A DNA stretch of 64,000 nucleotides, from the NCBI GenBank assembly GCA_964016885.1, contig OZ024741.1, positions 390,228,001 to 390,292,000 on the forward strand. Reading direction: 5' to 3'. The notes under the pieces were generated by a model. It did no database searches, was not told the origin of the DNA, and saw only the letters and a list, made by a program, of their open reading frames with translations. The DNA is from Eledone cirrhosa. Its lineage: Eukaryota. Within the stretch, counting starts at the first letter, position 1, and every line of letters starts with the position of its first letter. The position numbers and the translations under genes are program-made. Below are positions 12,939-25,959 of the stretch, one piece after another.

Positions 12939-13181
12939 AGGAAAACGTATGACCCCGACGGCAGAGCTCAAGCCGTTTCCCTTATATGGGAAGTACCCCC
13001 TTGAAAAGTTCGGCTATTTATTCACCAGGCTAAAAATTCTAATTTAGTCCAGAAATAGCTGTCGAAACGGCTTGAGCTCTGCCGTCGGGATCATACTTTT
13101 TCCTATTTCCCACTCTACTGCCCTAAGTATTGAGTACTCTGGTGCGTTATGGTCCATTTGGTTCCTTACCACAATTCCTTT

Positions 13182-13184
<3 letters not shown>
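12939..13184 (+). mobile_element. Family A HHR-foldback element, copy 1 (retains a degenerate complete HHR at about 12995-13090)
   Basis: acccc-CTTGAAAA-g..cggctattt...aaatagctgtc-GAAA-cggc.ttgagctct.gccg-TC-ggga. Flanked by (TA)n. Confidence 0.75.
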
Positions 13185-13250
<66 letters not shown>

Positions 13251-13468
13251 CAGAGAACAAAAAACAGAAAAACGAAGAAGCAGTACAAATGACATGAGGG
13301 GAGTGGGAGGAGGGGTGTCCGAGCAGGGAAGGCTGAAGGTGGTGTTTGTGTATGTGTGTAGGTGTACGTGTGTGTGTATGTATGTGTATGTGAATGTGAG
13401 AGTTGGGGGAAGAACGAGGTTATATATATATATATACATACATACACACGCACACACACACACTAACA

Positions 13469-13541
<73 letters not shown>

Positions 13542-13544
<3 letters not shown>

Positions 13545-13734
13545 AACAAGTATGACCCCGACGGCAAAGCTCAAGCCGTTTCGACGGCTAATTCAGTCCA
13601 GAATTAGCCGTCGAAACGGCTTGAGCTCTGCCGTCGGGGTCATACTTGTTCCTATTACCCACTCTACTACCCTAAGTATTGAGTACTTTGATGCGTTTTG
13701 GTCCACCTGGTTCCTTACCACAAATCCTTCGTTA
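13542..13734 (+). mobile_element. Family A copy 2
   Basis: About 53-bp inverted arms plus the conserved tail cccactctactaccctaagtattgagtac...ccttcgtta. Starts in (TA)n. Confidence 0.85.
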
Positions 13735-13798
13735 CATATATATATATATATATACATACACACTCACTCACACATACACACGTATATATATACATACG

Positions 13799-13854
<56 letters not shown>

Positions 13855-14302
13855 AACATACATATATGCGTATATATATACACACATATATCTACTCATA
13901 TGTACCATAAGATTTTTGTGGGTAAAATACATATTGGGTGTGTGGATAAATTATTTCTGGGTTTCATTTGAAGGAAGATGAGAAAGCTGTTTCCTATGTA
14001 GGGTAGATTGTTGTATTAAAGTCTTAGGGTTACAACCTGTTGAATTTACAGGGGAAAATAATGATTAAGACTATCGGGGTATAGTTAAAGTTAATTTTAA
14101 AATTATAAAATAATAACAATATTAAGTATTTTGTGGAAAAATCTTAGTGATTAAAGGTAGAGATCAGTTGAGATTTAGTAGAGTGGGATATTTATTATGT
14201 TAGTAACAATATAGATAAAGAAATACAGTAAAAAATAAAATAATACAATAATAAAAAATAAAAAATAAAAAAATAATGTAAAATGAGTATATATATATAT
14301 AT

Positions 14303-14504
14303 AGGAACAAGTATGACCCCGACGGCAGAGCTCAAGCCGTTTCGACGGCTAAATCTGGACAGAATTGAGTCCAGAATTAGCCGTCGAAACGGCTTGAGCT
14401 CTGCCGTCGGGGTCATACTTGTTCTTATTACCCACTCTACTACCCTAAGTATTGAGTACTTTGGTGCGTTATGGTCCATCTGGTTCCTTACCACATTTCC
14501 TTCG

Positions 14505-14506
<2 letters not shown>
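14303..14506 (+). mobile_element. Family A copy 3
   Basis: Same palindrome plus tail, flanked by (TA)n. Confidence 0.85.
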
Positions 14507-14551
<45 letters not shown>

Positions 14552-14633
14552 AAAGTTCTATTTAAAATTGTTGGGATACAACAAGTAAATATTTTTATAA
14601 CTGATATAAAGCACTCGACAAGTAATTGGAGTA

Positions 14634-14948
<315 letters not shown>

Positions 14949-15310
14949 CACAGAAAAAAAGAGAATCAGTGTTGCGACGAATGGAATTTATTGGACATAT
15001 TTCAATCGTTTCTCTGGCGACCAGCTCGAGGCACGATCGATGTGATGATCGAACCTGACTCTGAAAATCGCAAGGTCCTCAGATACGTCTTGATTCTACG
15101 AAGCAGATTTTCCTATGTCCTTTTACATCGATATACTTCGCCTGTCGGCTTAGATCCTGTTGTTGTCATTCTATGAGTGGTCAAGAATTGTACACGTCAT
15201 CGCTATTTCTAGCCACTCATGGTTGTCCACTATTTGGTTCTTTTCATTCTCCACCTGTCAATCAAAATTTACCTACTACAGTAGTAATTCCAACCTAAGA
15301 AACAAATTTG

Positions 15311-15407
<97 letters not shown>

Positions 15408-16004
15408 AGTTAAAACAATGAAATAAACATTTAAGTCATTAGAAATATACTTCACTGCTTTACGATCGTTTCTAGGTGATAATAATACATCGTACGCATA
15501 TTTCGTTATCGATCTATGTAGGGTTAGTTACAAAATATCAAATAAGGAATATATTTACCTAGATGTATATCATCAGCCGTTGTCAAAATCAATGAAAATT
15601 TTATTCAAAATCAATAGTAAATTGAGTTCTATGACCTTATTTGGAGGTAGCTGAAGAACAAACCAATCAAATGTTTTTTGCCATATGATGTTAAAATGAA
15701 ATATAACTCACTTTAGTTGAGGTCATGACCCTTTGAAAGGAAAGGTTGAATGGTGTTAAAAATAGAATTACTATAAAGAACCTATGAAGAAAAAGGAATT
15801 GTTATATTGATAGTGGAATGTAGATGGTGGAGTGAAGTTTAAAAAGGAATGTAAAAATTAAATGTTGAGTTGTATGGAATTTTTAGGTGAATATAAATAA
15901 GTAAATATAAAATATACAGAGATAACTAGGATAGATATAGATAGGTAAAGTAATGGTCATAACTAGGAAGGATAGTAGATTAAAAGATGAAAATTATAAT
16001 AAGA

Positions 16005-16190
16005 TAATTGTTTCTACTTTAGGCACAAGGCCAGCAAATTACCCAGTGCATTACTGGTACTTTATTTTTATCGACCCCGTAAGGATGAAAGGTAAAGTCA
16101 ACCTCGGCGGGATTTGAACTCAGATCGTAAAGGGACGTAACTATGCTGGAAAGCATGGCGTCCGACCCTCTACCGATACTGCCAATCCAC
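16005..16190 (-). mobile_element. Full-length SINE
   Basis: Near-identical to 20661-20850. Confidence 0.9.
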
Positions 16191-16512
16191 AAGATAATGA
16201 AATATAATAATATAATAATATAATATAATGTAATATAATATAGTACAGTATGGTACACTGTATATAGTATAATATTGCGTATGATGCATCATAAAATATA
16301 AAATAGTAAATATTTTCAAGTGTGTCTATGTATAAGTAATCAAACTCAGATAAATGCATGTTGACATATAGTCAAAACGCATAAATTTCTTAGATCACAA
16401 AAGTACATATATTCACATATATAGATAGAGGTATAATTACATTGATAATCCATTAAAAACATACATACGCATACATAGATATAAACATATACAAATACAT
16501 ACACGCACACAA

Positions 16513-16574
<62 letters not shown>

Positions 16575-16949
16575 TTATACATACATATATACATGTACGC
16601 ACACATACATGTACATACACATATACACACATATATATATACATATATATATATTCTCTTATCATACATACATAGATACATGTATACCCAAGCAATTACA
16701 GGTGGTTATGTACCTTGATGCCCTTAGTCAGTAACGTATGAATCTATGGAAGCTAAAAAATTAAAAGGCTAAAAATTAAAAGGTTAAAAAATAAAAAAAA
16801 TAAACAGGAAGGCGTATAATTAGGGGAAGGGGATACTAACAAATGGTACGTCACATAGAACTATAGTGAGTTGCTATTTAGAATGTTTAATTAGGTATAT
16901 AGTACTTAAATGTTTTTCGTATACGGTGATTACAAGCTATAATCACTTC

Positions 16950-17790
16950 CTGTCTTCTATTCAATAAATCGTCCTTAGATTTGGTAATTTCCAAGATCTC
17001 CCCGGAACATAAACTGTATTCTCTCCTGTTCCCAAGATATGGAGTTCTTTGCAGAATGGTATTCCACGATAGCTTGAAATCTATTTTTTTCTTTTTATAG
17101 TTATATACTGCTTAAGCTAAAGATGTGGTGTTAGCTAGTTTAGTATTGTTAAAGCTACTGGAGTGTGCGTAATATCTTTTCTTAAATGTGTTCGATGTAG
17201 ATCCTATATAGGATTTGTTGGAGTCAGTAGTAGACACAGTGCATTTATATATTACATTATTAATCAAACAGTTGACATTTAAGGGGCAAACGCTTCTATT
17301 TCTGCAATTACAACCATACGTAAGATGGTTGTTGGGGGTACCTACATAATTCTCATTCATCCTTGAGCTATTCTTATTGTAATTAATGTTATAGAGAGAA
17401 TGAGTGCTGCTTTGTGGGTGATTTAGTGCTGGGGTTGTATTGTGATTTTGTGTTATGTTGTTTTTATGTTGGTGATTTGGGTGGTTGTGTTTTCTAGGTT
17501 GAAGGATTGTATTATTTGTCCTTTTAAAAGGTGCAGTCTTATTTAAATTATATTGTGGTGTATTTTTAAATTTATAAATGTTGTAGTTGCATATTTTTTG
17601 CTGGAGATTGTTCGATGTAGAGTATGAGAATTTAACAGTATACCTGTTAAATATTTGGTGGTATCTGTGGTTTGGTGGAAAATATTTATGTAGAATTCGA
17701 AGAAATTTTTGGGGATTTGTCCAATAGTTTGCAGGTTGAAGGGTGCGTTGTACCATGTTATGTTTCTTTTGCGGTTTTTAGTTAAGTTCT
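16950..17790 (-). pseudogene. Penelope-like element remnant: RT thumb/linker and GIY-YIG endonuclease
   Basis: ORF 17112-17756: HKYFPPNHRYHQIFNRYTVKFSYS ... CNCRNRSVCPLNVNCLINNVIYKCTV...SYIGST.NTFKKRYYAH (Cys-rich linker plus VIY-YIG). Confidence 0.88.
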
Positions 17791-17828
17791 TATTTCCACT
17801 TATATTAATGTGCTGTGATATATATATA

Positions 17829-18770
17829 TCTGTATATATATAAAATTAAGTATGTGTGTGTGTCTATGTGTCTGTGTATTACCTATAGGGGCCTACATCT
17901 TACAGCCGATTTTCATGAAACTTTGCAGTTTCATAGATTAGTCATCGGGGAGTGTTTTCTATGTATCAACGTATCGTTTTCTTTTATTCCGGGGTCATTC
18001 TGCAGATAAAAATCGATAGGGAGTCACCTTTTTTTAGGTATCCAAAAATAAGATCTTTGGCTCTAACTCCCACATTTTGCCACCGATTTCGTTCAAATTT
18101 TAAAGCAAAATAGAATTTATCATTGCACATCCTGTAATGGCTTTATATTTTGCATTGTTGTTCAGGAACGGCGTGACAGCCGCTTAAATATTCAAAAATA
18201 CCACTTTTAGACTCAAATTTCCACTTTTTCGGCTCTAGCTCCCACATTAATCAACCTACTTTGTTCAAATTTTACACTACGCTAGATCTGATTATTTCAC
18301 GTCTTAAAGTGGCTTTACATTTTGGATTTTTTGTTCAGGAACGGCGTGGCAGCCGCTTAAATATTCGAAAATACCACCTTTTCGCTCAAATTTCCGCCTT
18401 TTCGGCTCTAGCTCCCACATTTTTCAACTGATTTCGTTCAAATTCGAAACTTCTCCTCCACTTCACACATAAATCAATTTATTTTGTTCAACTTTTATAC
18501 TACAATAGAACCTATTATAGTAGCTTTACACATCTTATAGTAGCTTTACACTTTGCATTTTTTGTTCAAGGACGGCGTGGCAGCCGTTTAACTCTTCAAA
18601 ATACGATTTTTTCCACCTCCCACATATTCCATACGATTTCATTCAACATTTCGCCATTTGCTACACCTTACGACCGATTTTCAAGAAACTCGCAGTCGCT
18701 AAGATCAACACCTTTTCATCAAAGCAGATATTATTTTACCTACCCAGGCAACGCAGGGTACTGCTGCTAG
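17829..18770 (+). mobile_element. Non-autonomous Helitron with internal ~175-bp tandem subrepeats
   Basis: A|TC 5' end, 3' hairpin taccc-aggcaacgca-gggta followed by CTAG|T, no TSD. Subrepeat ggctctarctcccacatt at about 18059, 18230 and 18403. Confidence 0.8.
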
Positions 18771-18898
18771 TATGTATGTATATATATATATATATATATA
18801 TAATGGAATAATTATACTGTGTTGTTTATTATGTAATCAAATATCTCTGTACTAAACATAGAGCACTCTACTTTCCTTTAACTTTTCTCCGGAAATAC

Positions 18899-18954
<56 letters not shown>

Positions 18955-18972
18955 CGTATATATATATATATA

Positions 18973-19043
<71 letters not shown>

Positions 19044-19071
19044 TAGCTGCAGTGCCCTTTAATACCCGGAA

Positions 19072-19108
<37 letters not shown>

Positions 19109-19893
19109 GGGGGGGTTATTCGTTCCAAGAGTGCGCCTGAAAATGTTAGCGACCCTAGGTGCCCATACCGGATTTTCAATACCAACCTTTGCTAGGTGTG
19201 TTTATGGTAGATCAATTTTTTGTGTGGAACTATCAATAGCTGTTTAAGGCATAAGTCCTTCTTCCATCCGGCTTTCTTCATTCAGAGTGAATAAGCCGGG
19301 GAAGTTTGAGTTCGAAGAGTATCGAACTTATTCAACAAACTTAAGTATAAGAATAGCAAACTTACAGCCTTAGCGTTCAAGAACAAGTAGAAAAAACTGA
19401 GGAAGTCATCGCAATCAATGAAGAAATTACAATCGAGTGAACATATTCATATTCAGATACTGTTCAAACACCCTGTATATCACCGTTTGTAAAGCCTTTC
19501 GAATGACTGAAGCAATTCAATAAAACCATCCCGTTTTTCCCCAATAGTAGACATAACCTTAGAAAACACACCATAATAAGTCGGATAAACAATCAGAAGT
19601 GTTGACTCTAAAGAGGGGCTTGTAACGTTCACTGCAAAGTGTCAATAATGGGGGAGAAGTTACATCTTCTTAATTCGTGTTAATCTTCCCACGATTCGAC
19701 ACCTCGAAATATAGATAAAATAAACTCTACTCTCAAAGACGACATGTTACAATTAACATGCCGGGAGTACGAATATTCGTTAACATACGATTTGGGTTTT
19801 ATTCTTTGGACTAATCTCATGGTAAGCCAACTTCCAGGTCATTGATCATCACACTTTTTTGTAACTTATCACCGATTCCTGCAGTTGACCTTA

Positions 19894-20331
19894 AGAAGTA
19901 AGTAACATAGTCACTACTTTAAAAATGATAGCGTAAGGTCTGCAAAATGTTTTTAATTAAACATACGGTATATTGCCAAATATACTATACATACATTCAT
20001 GTATACATCGCTATTTCAGAGCACCAATCCTAATACTTAATTTTTGCTGGACCGGCAATCGCTCTGTATAATCAGCTCCTGATTATTACTGGAATTCTAT
20101 AAGAATCCAGCTTCTATAATTTTCGGCGAAAGAGGGCAGTACGTAGCTCTGATGATTGCCAAACAGCATGAAACAGACTTAGCTTCTCTGCCTTCTTTCG
20201 CCGAAAAGAAGTAAGTGACATAGTCACTACTTTAAAAATGTTTTTAATTAAACATGCGGTATATTGCCAAATATACTATGCATACATTCATGTATACATC
20301 GCTATTTCAGAGCACCAATCCTAATACTTAA
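19894..20331 (+). mobile_element. Partial tandem repeat (19894-20040 / 20207-20331) enclosing an HHR on a long stem
   Basis: agct-CTGATGA-ttgc.caaaca.gcat-GAAA-cagac-TT-agct at about 20146-20184. Stem I is extended by ttttcggcgaaagagggcag / ctgccttctttcgccgaaaa. Confidence 0.7.
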
Positions 20332-20660
20332 GATATATACATATTGAGGAGAGAGGAAGAAAGAGAAAAAACAGGTAAACAGACCAGATAGTAGGGGGAC
20401 ACAGGACAATGGAACATGCGAGTGAGTAATCGAGGAAAAAATAGGATAGAATAAGTTATAGCGTACCGATTAGACGTAAGTCGGGGGGTGCGATAACAGG
20501 AGCCCAGTGTTACCGTGTCAACTCAATCGAAGTGGAGAGAGACGGAGCAACCAGAATTGATATCGCACTGTATATCTCTAGTGTGTTACCTTTTCAACAT
20601 ATTGTATTTTAAAGAGCTCAGGATTTCTTCTCCTTTGAGCACATTATTTTCAGGGAATGG

Positions 20661-20850
20661 AGGGCGGTGGATTGGCAGTATCGGTAGAGGGTCGGACGCC
20701 ATGCTTTCCAGCATAGTTACGTCCCTTTACGATCTGAGTTCAAATCCCGCCGAGGTTGACTTTGCCTTTCATCCTTACGGGGTCGATAAAATAAAGTACC
20801 AGTAATGCACTGGGTAATTGCTGGCCTTGTGCCTAAAGTAGAAACAATTA
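20661..20850 (+). mobile_element. Full-length SINE
   Basis: gggcggtggattggcagtatcggtagag...gagttcaaatcc...gtagaaacaattat. Confidence 0.9.
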
Positions 20851-20900
20851 TTTACAGGGAATGGCGAGGCTCTATGGCTCCGTTAATTTATCGTGGTATA

Positions 20901-21003
<103 letters not shown>

Positions 21004-21368
21004 TGTATGTATGTATGTGTGTGTGTATGTATGTGTGTGTGTGTGTATGTGTGTGTGTGTGTATGTGTGTGTATACCACACTAAATAAATATTCAAAACA
21101 TTTTAAGCGGTAGAATTTGTATATTTCAGAATCCCCCTTAATTCTATAACTGACATCAGTGGATTCGGCTTAGGAAGATTTTCAGGAACAAAATGATCAA
21201 TCGTAAATACTAATTATAGTGGGGGTAGGGGTGCGTGAGTGTCTGTATGTATATATATATGTATATTATGTATATATGTATGTAAAAGGTAAACAAAAAT
21301 AACAACACAATCGATACAGTATATTCAAAGGATATATTAGGTTAACGCTTGATATAGCAGGAAGAGGG

Positions 21369-21403
21369 TCTTAACGTTTCGGCGCTAGTCCTTCATCAGA
21401 AGA
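21369..21403 (-). ncRNA. Minimal type I hammerhead ribozyme motif
   Basis: Reverse complement: tctt-CTGATGA-a-gg.actagcg.cc-GAAA-cg-TT-aaga. Stem III region is the palindrome AACGTT. Confidence 0.6.
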
Positions 21404-21619
21404 AAGAATGAGAAATAAGATAGATTGAAGGGACGGGCGGGATGGAATTGGAAAAAATGTTTAGATAAAAATAACAGGTCCATTCATGTTGACATCACTT
21501 GGAAAACTGTCGATGCTGGAGTTTTGTGTATGATTTGTTTTTTTTAGAAAAGTGGATGATGTAGTGCGTCTACCTGAAATAGAAAAAAAAAACCGTTTTG
21601 TATAAAGAGCTATACTATG

Positions 21620-22555
21620 TTTTAAAATTTTATAAATTTTTACCAATAGAGCGAGAGTAGGTTTCTAACATAGATACAAGACTCTCTCATTGGAATTTAC
21701 ACATCAACTAGGTAGGTATGTATGCATGTTTGCATGCATGCATGTGCAGCTATGGATGTTAATGTATGTTAATGTATGTTAATGTATGTGTGGATGTGGA
21801 TATTTTGAGTTATATGTGTGTGCATATGCTTTGTATCTGTACATGTGTATATGCAGTTATTAGATACAGAATTTTTGGAATGTTTTACATAATTTTACTG
21901 TTCCATGGATTGTACTTGTAATTTCCTAATTAGTCGGGTTCTTTCTGTTTCCGTGAAACCTAGCTTCTCAAGATTTGTACTGAGGCAGTTACTAACAGTG
22001 CCCCAATAATCACAGGTATAAATCTAAAGGTATAGTCAAGGTGGAGTATCTGCAGATTTCTCATCAGTCCTGCATAAATATTTTCCTGATAAGCATGCAG
22101 TTTTTCATCAATGGATTCACTGCGGTATTGCTGGGCAATTTTCCTGGGTGTGAGTTTTTGATTATCATGCAGGGAGTATCGTTCGAGGAGTTCATTCCTA
22201 ACTCTCGTGATCTTATCTATCTCATGCAGATAGACTTGCTCAGGAGATGGGCTCCTACGTTTGGGGGTTCGTAAATGTTGTCGGAGGGATATGATGCGAC
22301 ATTCAAATGCTGTTGCACTGATGTTGGGCCTCTGCCTCCCTTCTTACGTTTCATGTGGAGGCGGTTTATGTCACTTTTGATATGGAAACTTCCGGCGTTG
22401 TTTAGGATTTTTCGAGTCCTAACATCAATTGCTCGGATTTCGTCTATCGTCCAATTGAGTGAGCCACTGTTTTATTGTGCGCTGAGAGTTCCGACAACCA
22501 TATTTTTCTTAATCGGGTGTAATATTCCATGGTTACGCGTTCCTTATTACAAATA
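21620..22555 (-). mobile_element. Internally deleted R4/Dong-like element (same family as 140-670)
   Basis: The 3' UTR/RLE part matches 140-590. The minus strand of 22300-22450 encodes DVRTRKILNNAGSFHIKSDINRLHMKRKKGGRG. Confidence 0.8.
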
Positions 22556-22594
22556 CCATTATGTATGTATGTTTGTATGTATATATGTATGGAC

Positions 22595-23800
22595 AATTGA
22601 CAACGGGGTAAAGCAAGGTGATATTCCTGCTCCTAAGCTTTTCTCCATCTTTTTTTGCTGCCTTGCTCACACATGCTTTCCATGATTGTGACAGAGGCGT
22701 TCTCTTACGGTTCAAAACCAATGGAAAGGTTTTCAACTTGAGAAGGTTTAATGCCAAGACAAAAACCTTTCAAGCTTTGATCAGAGACCTTCTTTACGCC
22801 GACGCCACTGACTTCCTAGCACACAGAGAAGCTGACATGCAACACATTATGGACTGATTATCATCCTCGTGTACAGAATTTGGGCTTACAATCAGCCTTA
22901 AAAAGACCAAAATAATGTTTACCTCTGCTCCTAGAGAACCATATACAGAACCCAATATCATGGTTAATTGAACCAGTTTGGGAGTAGTAGATAAATTTGT
23001 CTACTTGGGTAGCACGCTCTCAAATGATGGTTCCTTGGATGCTGAAATACATCTGCGAATCCAGAAGGCCTCTGTTGCCTTCGGATAATTAGAGAAGAGA
23101 GTTTGGGAAAATTGCAACATTATCAACAATACCAAGGTGTATCTGTATAGATCATGTGTTCTGTCTGCTCTTTTATACTTCACCGAAACCTGGACGCTCT
23201 TCCGCAAACACACCAAATTGCTTGAGCATTATCAGCAGAAATGTTTAAGGCGCATATTCAACATCAAGTGGCAAGACAGAACTCCTGACATCCATGTCCT
23301 TATCAAAACTGTCCAAGCGTCCAAGCATTCAGTCCCAAGTAACATCTCAAATGCGCTGGACAGGACATATCGTCCGCATGAAAGAAATCAAGATCCCAAA
23401 GCAACAGTTTTACGGTGAGCTCCATCTTGGAAAAAGGCCTCAACACAAACCGAAAATGAGGTTCGGGGACAGCATCAAGAACAACCTTAAAGAACGGGCA
23501 TTTGATAGAGACAACTGGGAGGAGATAGCTCTAAATAGGGCTGAGTGGAGAAAGCACATAAAGGGCAGTTGCAAAACCTTTGAGGAATGTCGTCTAGAAC
23601 ATAAACAACTGAAGCGTTAGCGTTCCACCGGTCCTGTTGAAAGTAAAACTCTCTTCTGTCACCTGTGTCGTAAACCATGTAGATCTACAGCTGGCCTACA
23701 AAGTCATCTACGAAGTCATGGACGCAGATGGGATGATGACGAAGAATCAATAAGAGACGGCAATCGTCTGGGAAGACGCTGCAATCCTCATGGATGGATG
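22595..23800 (+). mobile_element. 5'-truncated, decayed RTE LINE (related subfamily)
   Basis: NGVKQGDIPAP, LLYADATD, FVYLGS, MRWTGHIVRM, with stops and frameshifts. (GATG)n tail. Confidence 0.88.
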
Positions 23801-24530
23801 GAGTGGTCACCTTGCCAGGATGGAGGATTCTAGGATACTAAAACAACTCTTTTATGAATAGTTAGTTAAAGGAAAACGACCCCCACATAAACCCCAAAAG
23901 AGGTATAAAGATTCGTTGAAAGCCTCCTTGAAAGACGCTAACATCTCTGCTGATACATGGGAAAACGTAGCTGCTGATCGTAATAAATGGAGAAAGCTTG
24001 TGCATGAGGGGAAAGTTGCTCTTGAAACATCTCGAATCGCATACGAGAAAGCAAAAAGGGATATCAGGAAAGGCATTGCTGTTACATTTCCAGAGAGTGA
24101 AGGTCATCCTATGGCGCTGACATGCAGCTTCTGTGCGAGACTTTGCCTCAGCAAAGCTGGACTCGAAAGTCATCTTCGCAGTCATAAAATGAGACCAGTG
24201 GTTGACTACCAGGCTGCTGTCGGAGATGCTACTCATCATATCTGTCAAGCATGTGGAAAAGAGTGTAGATCAGCAGGAGGGCTCAAACGATATGCAAAAG
24301 TACATGAAGTCCAACCACAGCCGACTATTGCCAGTGAATATTTTGGTTGCCAACTCTGTGCAAGACATTTTAGATCATTGACTGAGCTAAAGAAACACAT
24401 TCGATCGAAGCACCATTAATTATACCATAAATATATATATATGTGTATGTGTGTGTGTGTGTGTGTGTGTGTATTTCTTTTTTATCGTGCAATGGCCATA
24501 CTCGATAACGAGGGGGCAGCCATCTTGTAT
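23799..24530 (+). mobile_element. 3' fragment of the zinc-finger RTE family (same as 3018-3925)
   Basis: ORF 23916-24419 with three zinc fingers and the same tail ctcgataacgagggggcagccatc. Confidence 0.92.
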
Positions 24531-24571
24531 GTATGTATGTATGTATGTATGTATGTATGTATGTATGTATG

Positions 24572-24612
<41 letters not shown>

Positions 24613-24616
<4 letters not shown>

Positions 24617-24812
24617 ATATATGACCCCGACGGCAGAGCTCAAGCCGTTTCGACGGCTATTTCTAGACTAAATTTAGTCAAGAAATAGCCGTCGAAACGG
24701 CTAGAGCTCTGCCGTCGGGGTCATACATTTTCCTATTACCCACTCTACTACCCCAAGTATTGAGTACTCTGGTGCGTTATGGTCCATCTGGTTCCTTACC
24801 ACAACTCCTTCG

Positions 24813-24814
<2 letters not shown>
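24613..24814 (+). mobile_element. Family A copy 4
   Basis: Palindrome plus tail, flanked by (TA)n. Confidence 0.85.
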
Positions 24815-24890
<76 letters not shown>

Positions 24891-24954
24891 AGACCAGCAT
24901 CCCAGCCTAACTCAAGTCACACATCGGACTATAACGGTGAGCATAGTGGCCTAA

Positions 24955-25225
24955 CCTGATAAATGTCCACAACAAAACAAATAGCTTGAATCCAATGTTG
25001 TATATGTGTATACTATAAAGTCTGGTGCCCAGGAGTGGTATTACATAGGTTCTACGGTTAAAGAATTAAAAAAACGATGGTATGTGCATAGGAATTCCAT
25101 TAAGACCCGCAGGCTCAGTAGCACAACGACGCTGGCCAATAAAATCTGGCAACTCGCAGATAACAAACAAAAATATGAAATAAGCTGGTCGAAATTATCG
25201 AAATGGAACTAACCTTATACCGAAC
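24955..25225 (+). pseudogene. Penelope-like GIY-YIG endonuclease fragment
   Basis: KCPQQNK*LESNVVYVYTI...YYIGSTVKELKKRWYVH...TTLANKIWQL...YEISW. Confidence 0.8.
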
Positions 25226-25298
25226 TCGTCCTTTGGACTGAGTGCTCTGCCAACTTTGGATATAACTTTTCGTTTTTTCACTACTATATATATATATA

Positions 25299-25805
25299 GT
25301 TATGCTTTGGAAGGGTCATGTTGCCAATAAGAAACACACGCACCAGTTGCTTTCACTTCAATGTATTATAAATTAAATTTATAAATTTAAGAATTTATAA
25401 ATTTCCGGCTGGTTGGTTGGTTCCACAACCAGACGATTGTTCATATATTGTCAAAGTTCTTTCGTCACACATTCTGTGACCTCTTCAGTGACTGGAGATT
25501 CTTTTCTTTGTTTTTGTGCCTCTCCTTTGTTCTGTCCTACGCCACACACAAAAACAAGATGGCGTAGGACAGAACAAAGGAGAGGCACAAAAACAAAGAA
25601 AAGAATCTCTAGTCACTGAAGAGGTCACAGAATGTGTGACGAAAGAACTTTGACAATATATGAACAATCGTCTGGTTGTGGAACCAACCAACCAACCGGA
25701 AATTTATAAATTCTTAAATTTATAAATTTAATTTATAAAAAATTGAAGTGAAAGCAACTGGTGTGTGTGTTTCTTATTGGCAACATGACCCTCCCAAAGC
25801 ATAAC
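25299..25805. mobile_element. Family B ~500-bp palindrome with an HHR on each strand
   Basis: About 245-bp arms around a 15-nt loop (25545-25559). gtca-CTGAAGA-g-gtcaca.gaatg.tgtgac-GAAA-gaac-TT-tgac at 25612-25654, mirrored at about 25450-25492. Confidence 0.85.
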
Positions 25806-25862
25806 AATATCGGTTTCAACACACGTTTTCAGATAAAGAATCTTGCTAAACAAATTCAGAAA

Positions 25863-25900
<38 letters not shown>

Positions 25901-25959
25901 GACTGACTCGGAGTTACTTCCCTCAGCGTGCGTTAAAATACAGACATGATGCTTGTCAC

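Noticed and set aside
15546-15579. Minus-strand CTGATGA...TAAA-TATA-TT motif, plus similar partial motifs at 12465-12495, 12860 and 16690-16730
   Set aside because: Core or stems are incomplete; possibly decayed HHRs but not supportable
19042-19478. ACTAG start and caccctgta end suggesting Helitron or mariner termini
   Set aside because: No matching partner terminus found
20661-20760. A and B boxes suggesting tRNA genes
   Set aside because: No cloverleaf; the sequence continues into the SINE core and tail
23916-24419. Apparent stand-alone C2H2 zinc-finger gene
   Set aside because: It is the 3' end of the RTE ORF2 seen at 3130-3637
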